DNA of 63,032 bases, the filler included, from Choristocarpus tenellus KU-1152 (lineage: Eukaryota > Protista > Phaeophyceae): the NCBI GenBank assembly GCA_964200185.2. It is 10 parts of 10 records of this genome, joined end to end, with 100 filler letters (N's around TTAATTAATTAA, not from the genome) between each part and the next. Parts side by side here need not be neighbours in the genome. Positions count along the whole stretch, not along the records: positions 35,492 to 38,257 come from CAXNAD020024931.1; positions 38,358 to 47,411 come from CAXNAD020004039.1; positions 47,512 to 58,982 come from CAXNAD020002295.1; 7 more parts are not named here. The stretch is one strand, 5' to 3'. The notes under the pieces are model-generated. The model had not been told where the DNA came from. It ran no database searches and was given only the letters and a program-made list of their open reading frames with translations. The translations under genes were made by a program, and so were the position numbers. Shown in pieces: positions 35,392 to 47,662 of the stretch. Position 1 is the stretch's first letter. Each line of letters opens with the position of its first letter.

Positions 35392-36719
35392 NNNNNNNNN
35401 NNNNNNNNNNNNNNNNNNNNNNNNNNNNNNNNNNNTTAATTAATTAANNNNNNNNNNNNNNNNNNNNNNNNNNNNNNNNNNNNNNNNNNNNGGGACTCCG
35501 CTGCTACGACAACACAACAACACTAAAGATGATCACGAGATTGGATCAACGTAGCAACTCCTTTGTGACTAACCTTGCTTACTACATTTACAAAAAAAGC
35601 ATATGGGCACTTTCCGCGCACCATTTTGGGTCAAACCCATCCTCCATAGTATGCTCTATCCTCAATTTTGGTGGGTAGGTGTAATAGGTCAACAAGTTAA
35701 AGATGGCAGGGTTGCTGAGTGTGCGTCCACAATTCCTTCGTTGGGGGACCATTGCAACCACAGCTCGATCCCCAGGCACCATGCCCAGAATTACAATATT
35801 ATTCCACGCATTTCAATTCTCCGTGATTAATGTATAGGTTGGTGTTCTTGCCCCATTCTACCTTCTTGACTTTGGAGAAGGGGCTTTATCTACAATTTAG
35901 TTGGAGTTGAGGGACAACCAGACGGAATAGGGAAATGTTGGTGTACTGAACAACATCGTTTCTCAAACACATTTTTTTTCATGTCCAACATTACTTGATG
36001 ACTGAGTTCGAATTTTCAAATCCCTAAATTTATAGGGCATTCAGTTCTCTGAACTAGAACAGAATCAACATTAATTCTGTGGCTAAGGTGGGTTCTTGCT
36101 GGGGAGTTACTAGCCTAGACAAAAGAGGAGTGTTGTGAACCCCGATGATTAGTTCTAATCCAAGAATAAACGAGGTCGTCGTAATTGAAACCTTCTTTAA
36201 GTACAAAAAAACTGCTCAATATTATCTCGCGAATACTCATCCTTTTTGATTCGTTCAAGAAAACTTCTCGCATTTCTCAGCATCTCCTCACAGACCCATT
36301 GGAGTTGCTCGACCCAGCCCGCAGGCTTCAATTCAATCAAGTACATTGATTCTTTTTGAACCGATTTCGTTTCATTTTCTCATCAAAAAAAAATCCCAGT
36401 GACGTGGCCAAACTGACACTACTTCTCGTACAAACTACTGCAACAAAAACTGTAGCGCAACTACAACGACTTGCACTGCCTCCATTCGTGCCTTGCTCAT
36501 ACGGTGGGGTCAACCATCCCATCCACCAGCAATCCCTCTGCCTCCTCCCTAAAATCTTGTGCTGACTTGTCAATGAAGCCTTGGCACCTTGTTGCTGGTG
36601 TGGTGTTCTTGCGGTGATATGTCTTGAAGTGGTATAGCAACAGGTAAGATAGTACTTCGAAGTATATATAGGCGTACAATCCGTAGTTCTTCCCATCATT
36701 TAGAATTTGAATGAGAGTC

Positions 36720-36830
36720 AAAGTCAAGTTTCAGATTTCCTACAAGAAGTTTGACCACGACAGGGATCAAACCCGCGATATTCATGTTGGAACAGCCTCC
36801 TTGAACTAGTGAGGAGACCACATGTGCTGG
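36720..36830 (-). mobile_element. Possible tRNA-derived SINE fragment
   Basis: The minus strand has a B-box-like GCGGGTTTGATCCCTGTCGTGGTCA; there is no intact cloverleaf. Confidence 0.35.
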
Positions 36831-37955
36831 AGGAAAAGGAATAGCCATTAATGTTCGCTCACTTCTAGTCTGGAAACGTCTTCACTACCTCCACCATGCC
36901 CGGCCCTTGACATGTCGTCAGATGGGAGTAGTGCACATTGCATTATTAGTTTAGCGTCTCAGTAGGTCTCTTGCTTATTGTCTTCAAATACATTATTGAT
37001 AATGATATATCTCTTGATGGTGCACCAAAGGACGTAAACAATATTCTATTCTTGCCTTGAATGTTTTATTTTATCCCCTTTGTTGAAACACCAGCAAACC
37101 TATGCTGACAAAAAAACATTCGAAGAAACATGAAAATGGCAGCAAAGTCGAAGGTAAGATCCTTGGTAGGGGGTCCACATTTTTTTTGTCGTCAGCCTGT
37201 GATGATGTTCACCATCCACTGCAATGTTGAAGTGACTTCCGATCTGATTCATGTGCCAAGTTCATGCGCGTAGTTACTTAAGATGGTGTAGTGCCCCAAA
37301 TGCTTATTGATGGCACGCGGGCTGAAAATGAAGGCACAAAGAGGATGACTCAAGACGTATCGGTTCAGACGTGTGCTCTCGTAAAATTGTGATTTCTTCT
37401 TTTGTAGTACTCTGCAGTGTGGATGGTGTGAGCTTAACTTTTTAACCCCTTGAAAGGGATGATGGAGGTACAAGGTGGATTGTCCATGTGCGCCTTCCAA
37501 TACCTTTCCACTACCTCCAAGAATTCGACATCAAGTGGTTCATCACCATGAGGGGAAGGCATACGGCTCAGCACACTTCTATTGTGTAGAACTGAGAGAG
37601 GGGAAACACAATGCTTGAAGTAGACAAGACAGGAGCAAGCCCACAACTGTTGTGTAGCACAGAGATGGGTTAGATTTTCATCAATGCGTTCTAAGAATCT
37701 CGGTGAGACATTGTATCATCTTAATACCGTTATTCTAGATGTCATCAATCACAAACCCACCCACAGGCATGTCTGTTCCCTTATTCGCTACTCACGATGA
37801 ATGATACAAAACACGATGATCGCCCTGAAATATTATACACACAACGCGAAGTACGATTGCCTTGTAAAATACCCCCCACCGTGAAGTATCTGTTACAGGT
37901 GCCCCTCAGAACTCACCTAGGATGTATAACTCAAATCCAACGACCTTAAAACGAC

Positions 37956-38218
37956 GAGTGAAAGTATCTTAAGAGGGTACGAGTTTTTCCCTGTCTGTCC
38001 ATTCGGGGTATGGATTCCAATGGGTTCTTTTATGACATTTTCCTACTCCAAAATGTTTATTAGGAGTAGGTAAAAGTGTTTATGTTATGAAAAGGTGTGT
38101 CCGCAACATGGATATTACACTTTCTAACAAACACGAGAGCCAAAATTACATCAAAATCGCGACATTGGATTTTGGACCCATTATGGACGCGGCGCTACCC
38201 TCTATGATACTTTGGCTC
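37956..38218 (+). mobile_element. MITE family A, complete
   Basis: Both TIRs present; 4-bp TSD CGAC. Confidence 0.95.
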
Positions 38219-40321
38219 CGACGCTACGAGGGGGGTCCACAGATGATAACCACGTACNNNNNNNNNNNNNNNNNNNNNNNNNNNNNNNNNNNNNNNNNNN
38301 NTTAATTAATTAANNNNNNNNNNNNNNNNNNNNNNNNNNNNNNNNNNNNNNNNNNNNGATAGGTTGAGGGGGGGTGACATTTTTTCTCAAACTCCCAGGT
38401 TGTGGATATCCCCCTCCCCCCCTCTGTCTGTTTCGTATGAAGTGCTGGTGTGGGCCTCTTGTCTTGTCTGATGTTTGTACTTTACTGTATGTGTATTTAC
38501 TCTGGTTTGTATTTGTTGGTAAACATTTGGTCAAATATAAGAGTGTGCCGCAAATCGAGATTCGATCAAGGTGCAGGGGTTGGTGAGCTGAGGTGAACAG
38601 GTCATCTCTACCTGCCTACAGATTGCTACAACAAGAGTGAAGAACATCTTCCTCCAAATGGAGAGTTCTTTGGCCCAGCAATGAGGAAAAAAGAATCTGG
38701 CAAATGTCACTAGGAGTGTGCAAGGAAATTGTTTTTTATGTGCTAGTGTGTGCTACTGATAACAAGCACACTCTGTATCAGAGAACGCTGTATTTGTCGA
38801 CTTAGATGTTTTTGTATGGTGTTATTTTTCTAGTGAGATAAAAGTATATATTCCAGAGTTTGGGAGATTTTTTTTTTCCTCCTACCAACTCAACCACCTC
38901 TGTAATGGAGTGAGGAGACTGTAGGCCCTTTGTGGGACACAACGCAAGCAACATATTTGTGCCTTGATAGAGTTGGTCTGATTGTTAGGATTAGAGATTG
39001 CAAATTGGCAGAATATAGATGCCCCATGAGCACCTTACCTGCTAGAAATAGTTTGCACTTACATATGTACCATGTAATATCGAGTGTATAATAATAAAAT
39101 GATAGTCTGTCAATCCTATTGTACAGTGTAATTGCAATGATTCTTGTTCATGTGTTTAACTGCACCAACTACATAGGGTCACGACTATGAGGTGCTTAGA
39201 CTATGGTAAGGTCAGTACCAGGGCCCTCAGTATCATGTATCTGCTCACCATCTCGCTCCTGGCATATCCAAACAATATTCCGCATGTGTCCCATGTCCTA
39301 TAACTTCTTTTATACAGTATTATTGCCAAGGGCAGGATGCTAAGATTTATACATGCCGCAGAGGAGGAGAGACTTCATCATCAGAATCAAGATGCTTAGA
39401 GCCACACCAGATGTAAAAAGAGGAAAATATCTGGTGTTACAGACTTTTGTCTTAGTGCAGGTACCATGGACTCATCTTCTCCCTCCTGCGACAAGATCTT
39501 ACTGATTTATGTCACCTACAGTCTTTACATCCCTTGTCTCTCTGTCCTTTGTGTGCACACTAAAAACTGCAACTAGTCCAGGCTACTTACTCTCAGAGGG
39601 GGTTCAATTCATAAACTTGATAACAATCATGATATAATGATGCATTAGCACTTACTTAAAACAAAAGAAAAACCCATCAGAGATATTTGTCACAAGGGTA
39701 GAAACCAACAGAGATTAACCTTTCCATTGAAGATCAGAGGTGCAGGTTGTTGATTTATAGCTCCACGCTGGCTCAGGAGGTCTCAAAGAGAGGAAGGGGG
39801 TACCTCTTCACATCTGAGAGCTTGACTTACTACTTTGCCTTTTGCTTCAACATGAAAAACTGGAACCAAAACGACCAGAGGTGTCTCAAAACATCCTGAT
39901 TCAAATCTAATTCTTTTAAACGTTAGTTCAATTTTTCAAATCGAGGCACTTTTGGAAACATTTGACAAAAAGCAATTGTACGCAATGGGTCAAAATTAAC
40001 TCTTGATCGGGATAGCAAAGGAATAGTATTGACCATTGCCTGCTACTAACAGTAGCATCTCCAGGAGGCAGGGGATTGGGCAAGATGCGATTGGACATAC
40101 TGGCTGCGACAACAGCAACACACATTACTTAGCACCTACCAAGGGGCAGACAACACGCAACGTACATCTCCAGCACATAGTGGGAGAGAGGGTAAAATAA
40201 CTTCCTACTGTATACAACAGGCCACCTCACTAAAAGGGGGTAAAGGTTCTTACATTGCCATGGTCGTTTAACCAAAACTTCCGCTTACGTCTCTTTCCAA
40301 ACCTCTCCCTAATGCCCTCTC

Positions 40322-43300
40322 CTATCCAAGGACAGAAGAAGGGACTAACTCTCTTTGCCTCCTCTCTTTGCAGGCATTCATCCAATGGTACTGGCACGCA
40401 ACTAGAGTCGTAGACAAGACCATTTCTGTCCTCCCCCTACACAAAGCCACAAACGCTGCTGACACCACTCCAAGCCCTCGAGGAATTGCTGGAGCAGGGA
40501 GAGAAGCCAGCAAGTTATCATCACCACCAGAGTCTCTAGCAATAGCTGACTTGTAAAATGCACCACTGCTGCCAGCTGGCATTTGGAGAGAGATGAGGGG
40601 TGGCAGAGGAGGACAAAGAGGGCTTCTTCCTTGGAACTGCCACCGCCCAAGTGACACCAGTCTCCTTACACACGGACAAGTTGCCCTTCCATTGCATCCA
40701 CGAAAAGACTGAGTGCAAAAAGGAGTGTGGAGGTTTGAACACAATGGTGGTCTGTGAGTGCCCATCATCCTGCCACCTGTTGTGAGATTATCATCCCTAA
40801 ACCCAGCCAAGCTTAGCTGCAAGTTCTGCCCAACTCTCATTTCATCATCACCCTCTCTGTGTCGGTCATCTGCCCTCAAACCATCCCTTCCAGTTCCATC
40901 CAACCCACAACTGCTTGGTGGGCCGCCTCTCAACCATTGCCCTGGACCCAGCTTTGCTCCATGCAGAAGGGCAATCCTTCCCCCTTCAGTGAGGGGCATG
41001 GTTAACCTCCTCCTCAGGTATCCTGCATATGAGCCCTCCCCTGCCCCTGTCCCAGTGCCTCCTTCTTGACTCCTGGCTGCAGCATTACTTCTTGGTCCTA
41101 CACATACATCTGTCTCCTGCTCACAGTTGTGCAAAAAGTAGATGCCAAAAGCACCAGTGACATTATCAACAAGTCAAAGGTGTCCTTGAACAGAAACAGG
41201 AGGGGTGTGAAGGGAATGAAGAGATGAGGCACCCCAATGCATGCTAAAGAACCACAACCTGAAATGAACCTTCAGCTTCACTGATACAATGCAAACAGGA
41301 ATTTGATTTCTGTGGTTCCATGTTCAGACTACACTCATTAATTGTGCTACACACTTATTGCCCCAGAGTATTGGTACCATAGAAAAATCACCCTCATCCC
41401 TCAACCAGTCAGTTGAATGCCATATGAGATGGAGATCAAGGAAGGGAACTCAAGGGAACAGAAACAGGCAACCTACTGCGAGGCCTAACCATATGGTGGT
41501 GGAATGCCCCTGTGACAAAGCTTCAACAATGCCTCGTAGCCATTGTCATTATTGCCCAAACACGATCCAAGTAATAGCAAAAAGACCCACCTTGATATTC
41601 CCATCCACTTCAATATTAGCGCTGGATCCATCCTTGGCCTTATCCACACCTCTCCCATCTCCAAGAGAGTACGCAAAATCAGCCGGGATGTAGTCATTAC
41701 TCGCAGGAAATGGGGAATCCAGCAGCCCAAGTCGTTGATAGAGAGCGGCCACTAGCTCTGAGCAGAACATCCCCCCAACTTCATGCTCATTTCCCCCTAT
41801 GTTTTGGTCTCTAGATGCGATACTAAAGAATGCTTCTGGAACATTCTCAAAGAAGGATGGACTCTTAATGGAAGCCAGTTGTGCCAAGATCTCTTCTCGA
41901 CGAAGGATTGCCCTCCTGCAAAAAATTCAGGTGCAAAAAATATATTGAAACGACATGACCATTATAAGCACTAAAAAGTTGTACAACATCCAATACACAA
42001 TCTCTCCACCGATTTGTAGGCCATGGCCATAGGAAGACAGTACTTCTTGTTCTGAGACTACCCAATCAGCACTGTTACTGCATATTACTGAAGCAGAAGC
42101 ACAGGGGCATGCCAGTGTAGTCATGGCACACTCCTTCTCAAATAAGTCAGGGCTTGGGTGTATAGTTGCACACTGTACTTTAACACGAGCCAAGTTGGAC
42201 TTTGAAAAACCAGAATGAGCAAGTCATACGAACGGCATTGGCATGACAACAGGACTTTGCCAATACCTACTAGACTGCTAGATGTGTTTTCCACCTTGCC
42301 CCCAAAGAATTGGATTGAGGAGGAAGAGTTTGATAGGAGGACTGTGGCGTGTTGGGTAATGCTCAAATCATTCAATATCTACTTGTTTTAATAGTGATGG
42401 GGTCTTTTGAATAATGTACCTTGTCACTGACCTGACATCATCCCTGACAGCCTCTATGCAAGCCTTCTGCAACAGGCCGGAGTCCATCTCTCTTGAAAGG
42501 GAGGTTATCAAAGCAGACAGACTATAGAAGGGAAAGGAACAGGGTTAAGCGGGATTCCATTCAGAGGGTAGCAATACCATGGAGAAATGGCAGTGGGGGT
42601 AGCTAGGTGACTGCACATGAAACAAGAAACGCCCACAAGAATTTTCGTAGCACTGTTATCATTTATTGTGTCATCTACTGATCCCTTAGGAAGTTACCCA
42701 GGTCGAAGAGTGGATAGAGGTCTCCTTGTCTGATTCCCTTACTTGGAATAATCAGGCAGCAGTTGAAATAGTAATGGAGAGCATATACCACATACATATC
42801 CTTCATGTCTGTCTACTAGGATATGCTCCCCAGGTACAGTTTCAAGTCTTCAAATGTCTTCTGGAAAGCACAATCAGTATACCTCCTTTCCGATCTCTGA
42901 TGCAGCAAACTCACAGTCCCTCAATCGTAAAACCTCAATCTCCCCTTTCCCTCCCACAACCGATTTTTCTCACCCAACAGCTTCAGCATGGAGTCTTCTC
43001 CGTCTGTTCTTTACAGGATGGAAGCGCACCGTAGCAGATGCCATCTGCAGCAATCCCTCTACCCCGTCTTTGTATGGCAGGTTTGCCACCTGGGAGACAA
43101 AATGTCTTGCCTCCTCGCGAAGGGACTCAGTGCGAGGCTCCATCAACTGGCCAATCATATCCCTCAGACCATATATTTCAGGAAGTCAAGAAAAACGGGA
43201 AGGAGGAATTCAGCATTTCAACAAGGTGACAGCTTAAGAGTTTGTCACATATGGTCCAGGCGAAGACCAGTCAAACTTCGGTGACCAATCAGACAATGTG

Positions 43301-44155
43301 GAGGTCGGATGGAAACATGTCGGGACAATAACCTCCTTGCCTGAAGTCTCCTTACACATATCTGGGCAGCAGAACTCCTGGCTAACCTCTCGCTCAGCGG
43401 GCGCACCTTCGTACAGAGAAAGGTGATGCGGCAAGTCAGTGAATACCAGAACAAATCTAATGGACTCTAATGCGACTAGTCAGAATATGCACATACGAAA
43501 GGTGATATTATGCATCCTGGAATTCGACATGTCTCGGCCCTCCCATGCGCTCTTCAGTGTGCTTAGCCAGATCGTAACACGCTTTGTGCCTCCCACTTCT
43601 CGGCAAGCATTTCGTAACGTATATGACATCTCTTTTATGGATGCATCAGTGTGACCCACTGCTACCCCCACAGATTACACTGCAATACTATCACCAAAGC
43701 ATTCTGTTTGGAGATAGCCTTCACGTAAATGAACAGCAGTAGCGTCTCATTTCACCCCTGGATTAAAACCAATATCTTTCTCACACTTAGAATTTGGCAT
43801 ACCTTAACGCCACCGAAGGACGCCTCAACTAGGATATTCGTTCCATCCTTGTCCCGTACCTGCAGCACAAGAAAGTTGAGAGCGTAGAGACTACTTAGAC
43901 AGGATGTCTACATATTGCAACACACAAGGCGTGTGACAGGCAGAGACGGTGTGATGGGGCGAGGTTGAGGGAACAAAGAACACCATAATGCCTGGCGCAA
44001 ACGCGTGATGGTTCACATTTGTGGACTTACCACCACCCCGATGTGATCCCACTGTGACTCGCTTAGAAGTTTTGCGGCTGTACACACGAGCCTTCCGTAA
44101 GCCGGCATTCGGCCACAGGGTCGATCAAAGAGAACCACATCCCCTGTGTCGAGAT
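40322..44155 (-). CDS. Permuted papain-like amidase (YaeF/YiiX, NlpC/P60-permuted, C92-like) domain protein, multi-exon; exact structure uncertain
   Basis: Exon 44155-44031 LDTGDVVLFDRPC...SQWDHIGVV; exon about 43859-43803 VRDKDGTNILVEASFGGVK; about 43110-43040 FVSQVANLPYKD; about 41770-41680 MFCSELVAALYQRLGLL...DYIPADF. His precedes Cys, the permuted order. The 40322-41134 ORF is probably the last exon. Confidence 0.8.
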
Positions 44156-46051
44156 CTGGATTGATGACAGAGCGTTAAGACATCAGATACAAGCCACAAT
44201 GACAAACTCAGAGGAAAATCTAGGCATCCGCCAGGTTTCCGCACAATGAAAAGCGGGGTGCAAGTTCCATCGAATGTGAAGGTAGCACTTGCCTTCGACA
44301 ATTGAACTTTTCTTTGCCATTTGTCTGACACTTGCACACTTCTCTTCCTATTCAGTTAGCACAGCACGCAACAACAATACCAACATCCGCCCTACTAACG
44401 TTGCAAAGTTGTAAGTAAAGGTATAATTCGAAAATCACAACGAAATTGATGTAGTGTTATCTAATTGTGGGTTGATACGTGATACGGTGGTTACCAAAGA
44501 TCCACAAGTCCGATCCTGAAGTGGATATCTTTTCTTAATGGTGTTTTACACGGCAAGTACACAGTATTGTACGTCCCAGCCAGTACACCTTGAAGAGGAT
44601 CTATTTGAGGGTTAGACAGTAAAATATAGTGCACCTAGAAGAAGAGCGTCTATTGAAGGGAAAATACGGAGTGATGAACTGTTAGAATGATGAACCCACA
44701 CCCGAAAATAAGCAAGGCAGGGACGGAGGCAGTACAATTTCTCGTAATATGAGAAGTACATAGTGCAGTGTTGTGCCACCTTGTGTAGTGGTAGTGCCTA
44801 TGGCCATGGGTCAGGATCATCCCCGACTAATGCTTACATCAATTAGTAGTGTACATCGGGTAGTAGTCGGTAGTACCAGTAGTACCATGAAAAGTACGTA
44901 GTAGGTGCAGTGTGTAGCGCCTCTGACCTGGTCAGGATCATCCCCGACTAATGCATTCCAATAGCAGTTTCAGGGTTGGTTGTGGCATAGTGCAATGTTG
45001 CTTGGAGGTGTGGTGAAACAGGTAGCTGCAGGGATAGAACCGTATTATGCTTGAGTGAGTTGTGGGTACGCGCTTCCTATTAAACTTTGGTTATGAAAGG
45101 TGCACTGTGATGTGTTGGAAGCCAAGGCAGCTATAGGAGGGATGCGAATCCTTGATTGGTTGTGGAGGAGTGTGATGTGTGTACGTGTGTGACCTTCAAT
45201 CCTGGTATAAGGTGCAATGTGGTGTTCCTTGGAGGTGAGACAGGTGGACTCAGGGGTAGAAACTTATGCTTGAGTGGGGTGTACATCTGGTGCATGGAAT
45301 TTTAGTGTGTTAAAATTTTATTCACTCACTTCTAGTCTGGAAGCTTCTCCAATACCTCCACGCCCTACCCAACCCTTAACCCGTGGACAGATAGCAGTGT
45401 GCACTACACTGTTTCTCCTGTCCTGCGAACAATATGCTATTCTACAACTAATTGCTCTGCTCCGTGCCTTGATTCTTTTCTCACTCGTTGGCTTCAGCAA
45501 GTCCTGTCGTTCGTCACTCTCAGTTGCCTCCCTCGAATCTGATGTGTACTCCTCTAAACTCCCTCCGTCTGCAATGAACATTCTCCACCACAATCCAAAT
45601 CTTCTCCGTCCCTTTCGATGGTTTAGCGCAAGATGGTAAAAAGGTATAGGAACACCTCACTAACGCACTTACTTGCCATGTGGTCCATCAAAGTCAACAT
45701 CTTCTGGAAGAAAGTCTGGCCTCGACCATTATTGTTGAAACCTGATCCCCCATGGCAAAACGTGGGTGGACAACCACCTGAACTATGTGAACAAGGTTGG
45801 AATAGAGTAGGGTGATATTGAAAACTATGTGTAAAATGTACATGTGTAGGAATACAACTACTATATAATTTAAATTTGTGGAATAGAGTTTGAGTAACAC
45901 TTTTGCTATGGTCGCTTCTCGCTTGACAGTGATAGTGCTAAGCAGAGAAAACCGTGTTAAATGGTCCACGGCAGACAAGACTTATGTGCATTTTCTGAGT
46001 GTGTTTTGTATTATTGCATGAAATTAATTGCCACGCTATAATTTGAGCATG

Positions 46052-46354
46052 CTACTGGCATATGCCCTGGAGGGTTAGATAGGTTAGAAGGAGGCGTTTT
46101 TCGGCTTTGGGACGATTGGCATGTTTCGCACAAGTTCGGATATCTTTATGTAAACTGGGCCACCAAAAACGGCCATGAATACGATCAAAAGGTTGCTTAA
46201 ATGCAAGGTGTCCAGGGACCTTATGATCATGAAGGGCATGGAATATTAAACTTTGTACCTCCGTGGGTACCAGTAGTTGATCTCGGAACTCATCATTTTT
46301 TCGAAGATGAACGGGTTGATAAGGCTTGTTTGTATGACAACTGGTTGCCTTCAT
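46052..46354 (-). pseudogene. Gypsy integrase zinc-binding (H2C2) fragment
   Basis: QLLVPTEVQSLIFHALHDHKVPGHLAFKQPFDRIHGRFWWPSLHKDIRTC. Confidence 0.8.
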
Positions 46355-46786
46355 CTCTTGCGTGAAAAATTAGGACATGAGATAAGTTGTTTCATTCTTT
46401 GGTAGACGAGCCTTTTGAGCCTTTTGAGTCTTTTGAGCTTGTTGAGTTTGTGAGTACTTCAAGGTCCACCGTAGGGAAAGGCGTCGAAGCCTCGGATGGG
46501 TTGGGTAGGTACCAGATGGTCTGAAAAATTGACAGTTGGGCGCTAAGGTTGAATACGCACATACCTAAGCAGTCAGTCAGCTTGGGCTTGCCTTCTCTAT
46601 ATATGATACTGAGTCGAACAAAAGTACACACTGGAAGTGCTCTTCTTCTCAAAGCCTGAGCTTGTTCCCATTCTGGCATGTTAAGGTGTATCGTGGTTCT
46701 GAAGTGTCTTCCAGTATAAACTGAGCGGCGAACTGGCGAGTAGTTTTGATAACTGGTCCCAGGAAGAGAAGTGTGTAAAAGCAAAA

Positions 46787-47058
46787 GAATCAAAGTATAT
46801 GGGGGGGGGGTGACGGCTGTCCATTGAGGGCCCATTTTTCCATGTCGCGATTTTATTTTGATCTTGTCATCATAACACAGTCCACGCAAATTCAAGCGCT
46901 AAGGACATGTCCGAAAGTGTAGGATGTTCCACACTCATCAAAACAGGACCAAACCCCCACGACTAAAGACACTCACAAAAAACATTTTTCCAACACCTGG
47001 TCAGGGTCCGAATGGACACCTTGGCCTAGACCCCCCCCCTCCCCAGATACTTTGACAC
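46787..47058 (+). mobile_element. MITE family B with an internal insertion or replacement (about 46850-46995)
   Basis: GAATCAAAGTATAT-G10...CCCAGATACTTTGACAC; AAAA on both flanks. Confidence 0.8.
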
Positions 47059-47187
47059 AAAAACCATTGGGCATGGCTTTGGGATACTGAGTTTTTGGGG
47101 GAATGCATGTAGACAAAATGGTGTCGGCACAAATCACCCAACATCTCCTCATATAGTTCATGCTCGCTTCCTGTATCAACTCTTTTT

Positions 47188-47411
47188 GACTCAAAGTATC
47201 TGGGGTGGGGGGGTGACGGCTGACAATTCGGGGTCCATTTTTCCATGCCGTGATTCTTGGGTGATTTGGTTGCATGTGTCGGATGGACAATGTAAGTGCA
47301 CTTCTCCTGGTCAAGGCCCGAAAGGACACCTTTTGTGTAGCCAAAGCACGTACCCACCCAGCACCCCGCCCTCCATCCCCCACATATTACCCCCCCACCA
47401 CCCCCACAACC
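47188..47411 (+). mobile_element. MITE family B running into C-rich contig end
   Basis: GACTCAAAGTATCTGGGGTGGGGGGG with an interior like 24667-24839. Confidence 0.8.
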
Positions 47412-47511
47412 NNNNNNNNNNNNNNNNNNNNNNNNNNNNNNNNNNNNNNNNNNNNTTAATTAATTAANNNNNNNNNNNNNNNNNNNNNNNNNNNNNNNNN
47501 NNNNNNNNNNN

Positions 47512-47662
<151 letters not shown>

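Noticed and set aside
37249-37700. Overlapping minus-strand ORFs that look like a decayed coding region
   Set aside because: No recognisable motif and frameshifted; cannot be assigned.
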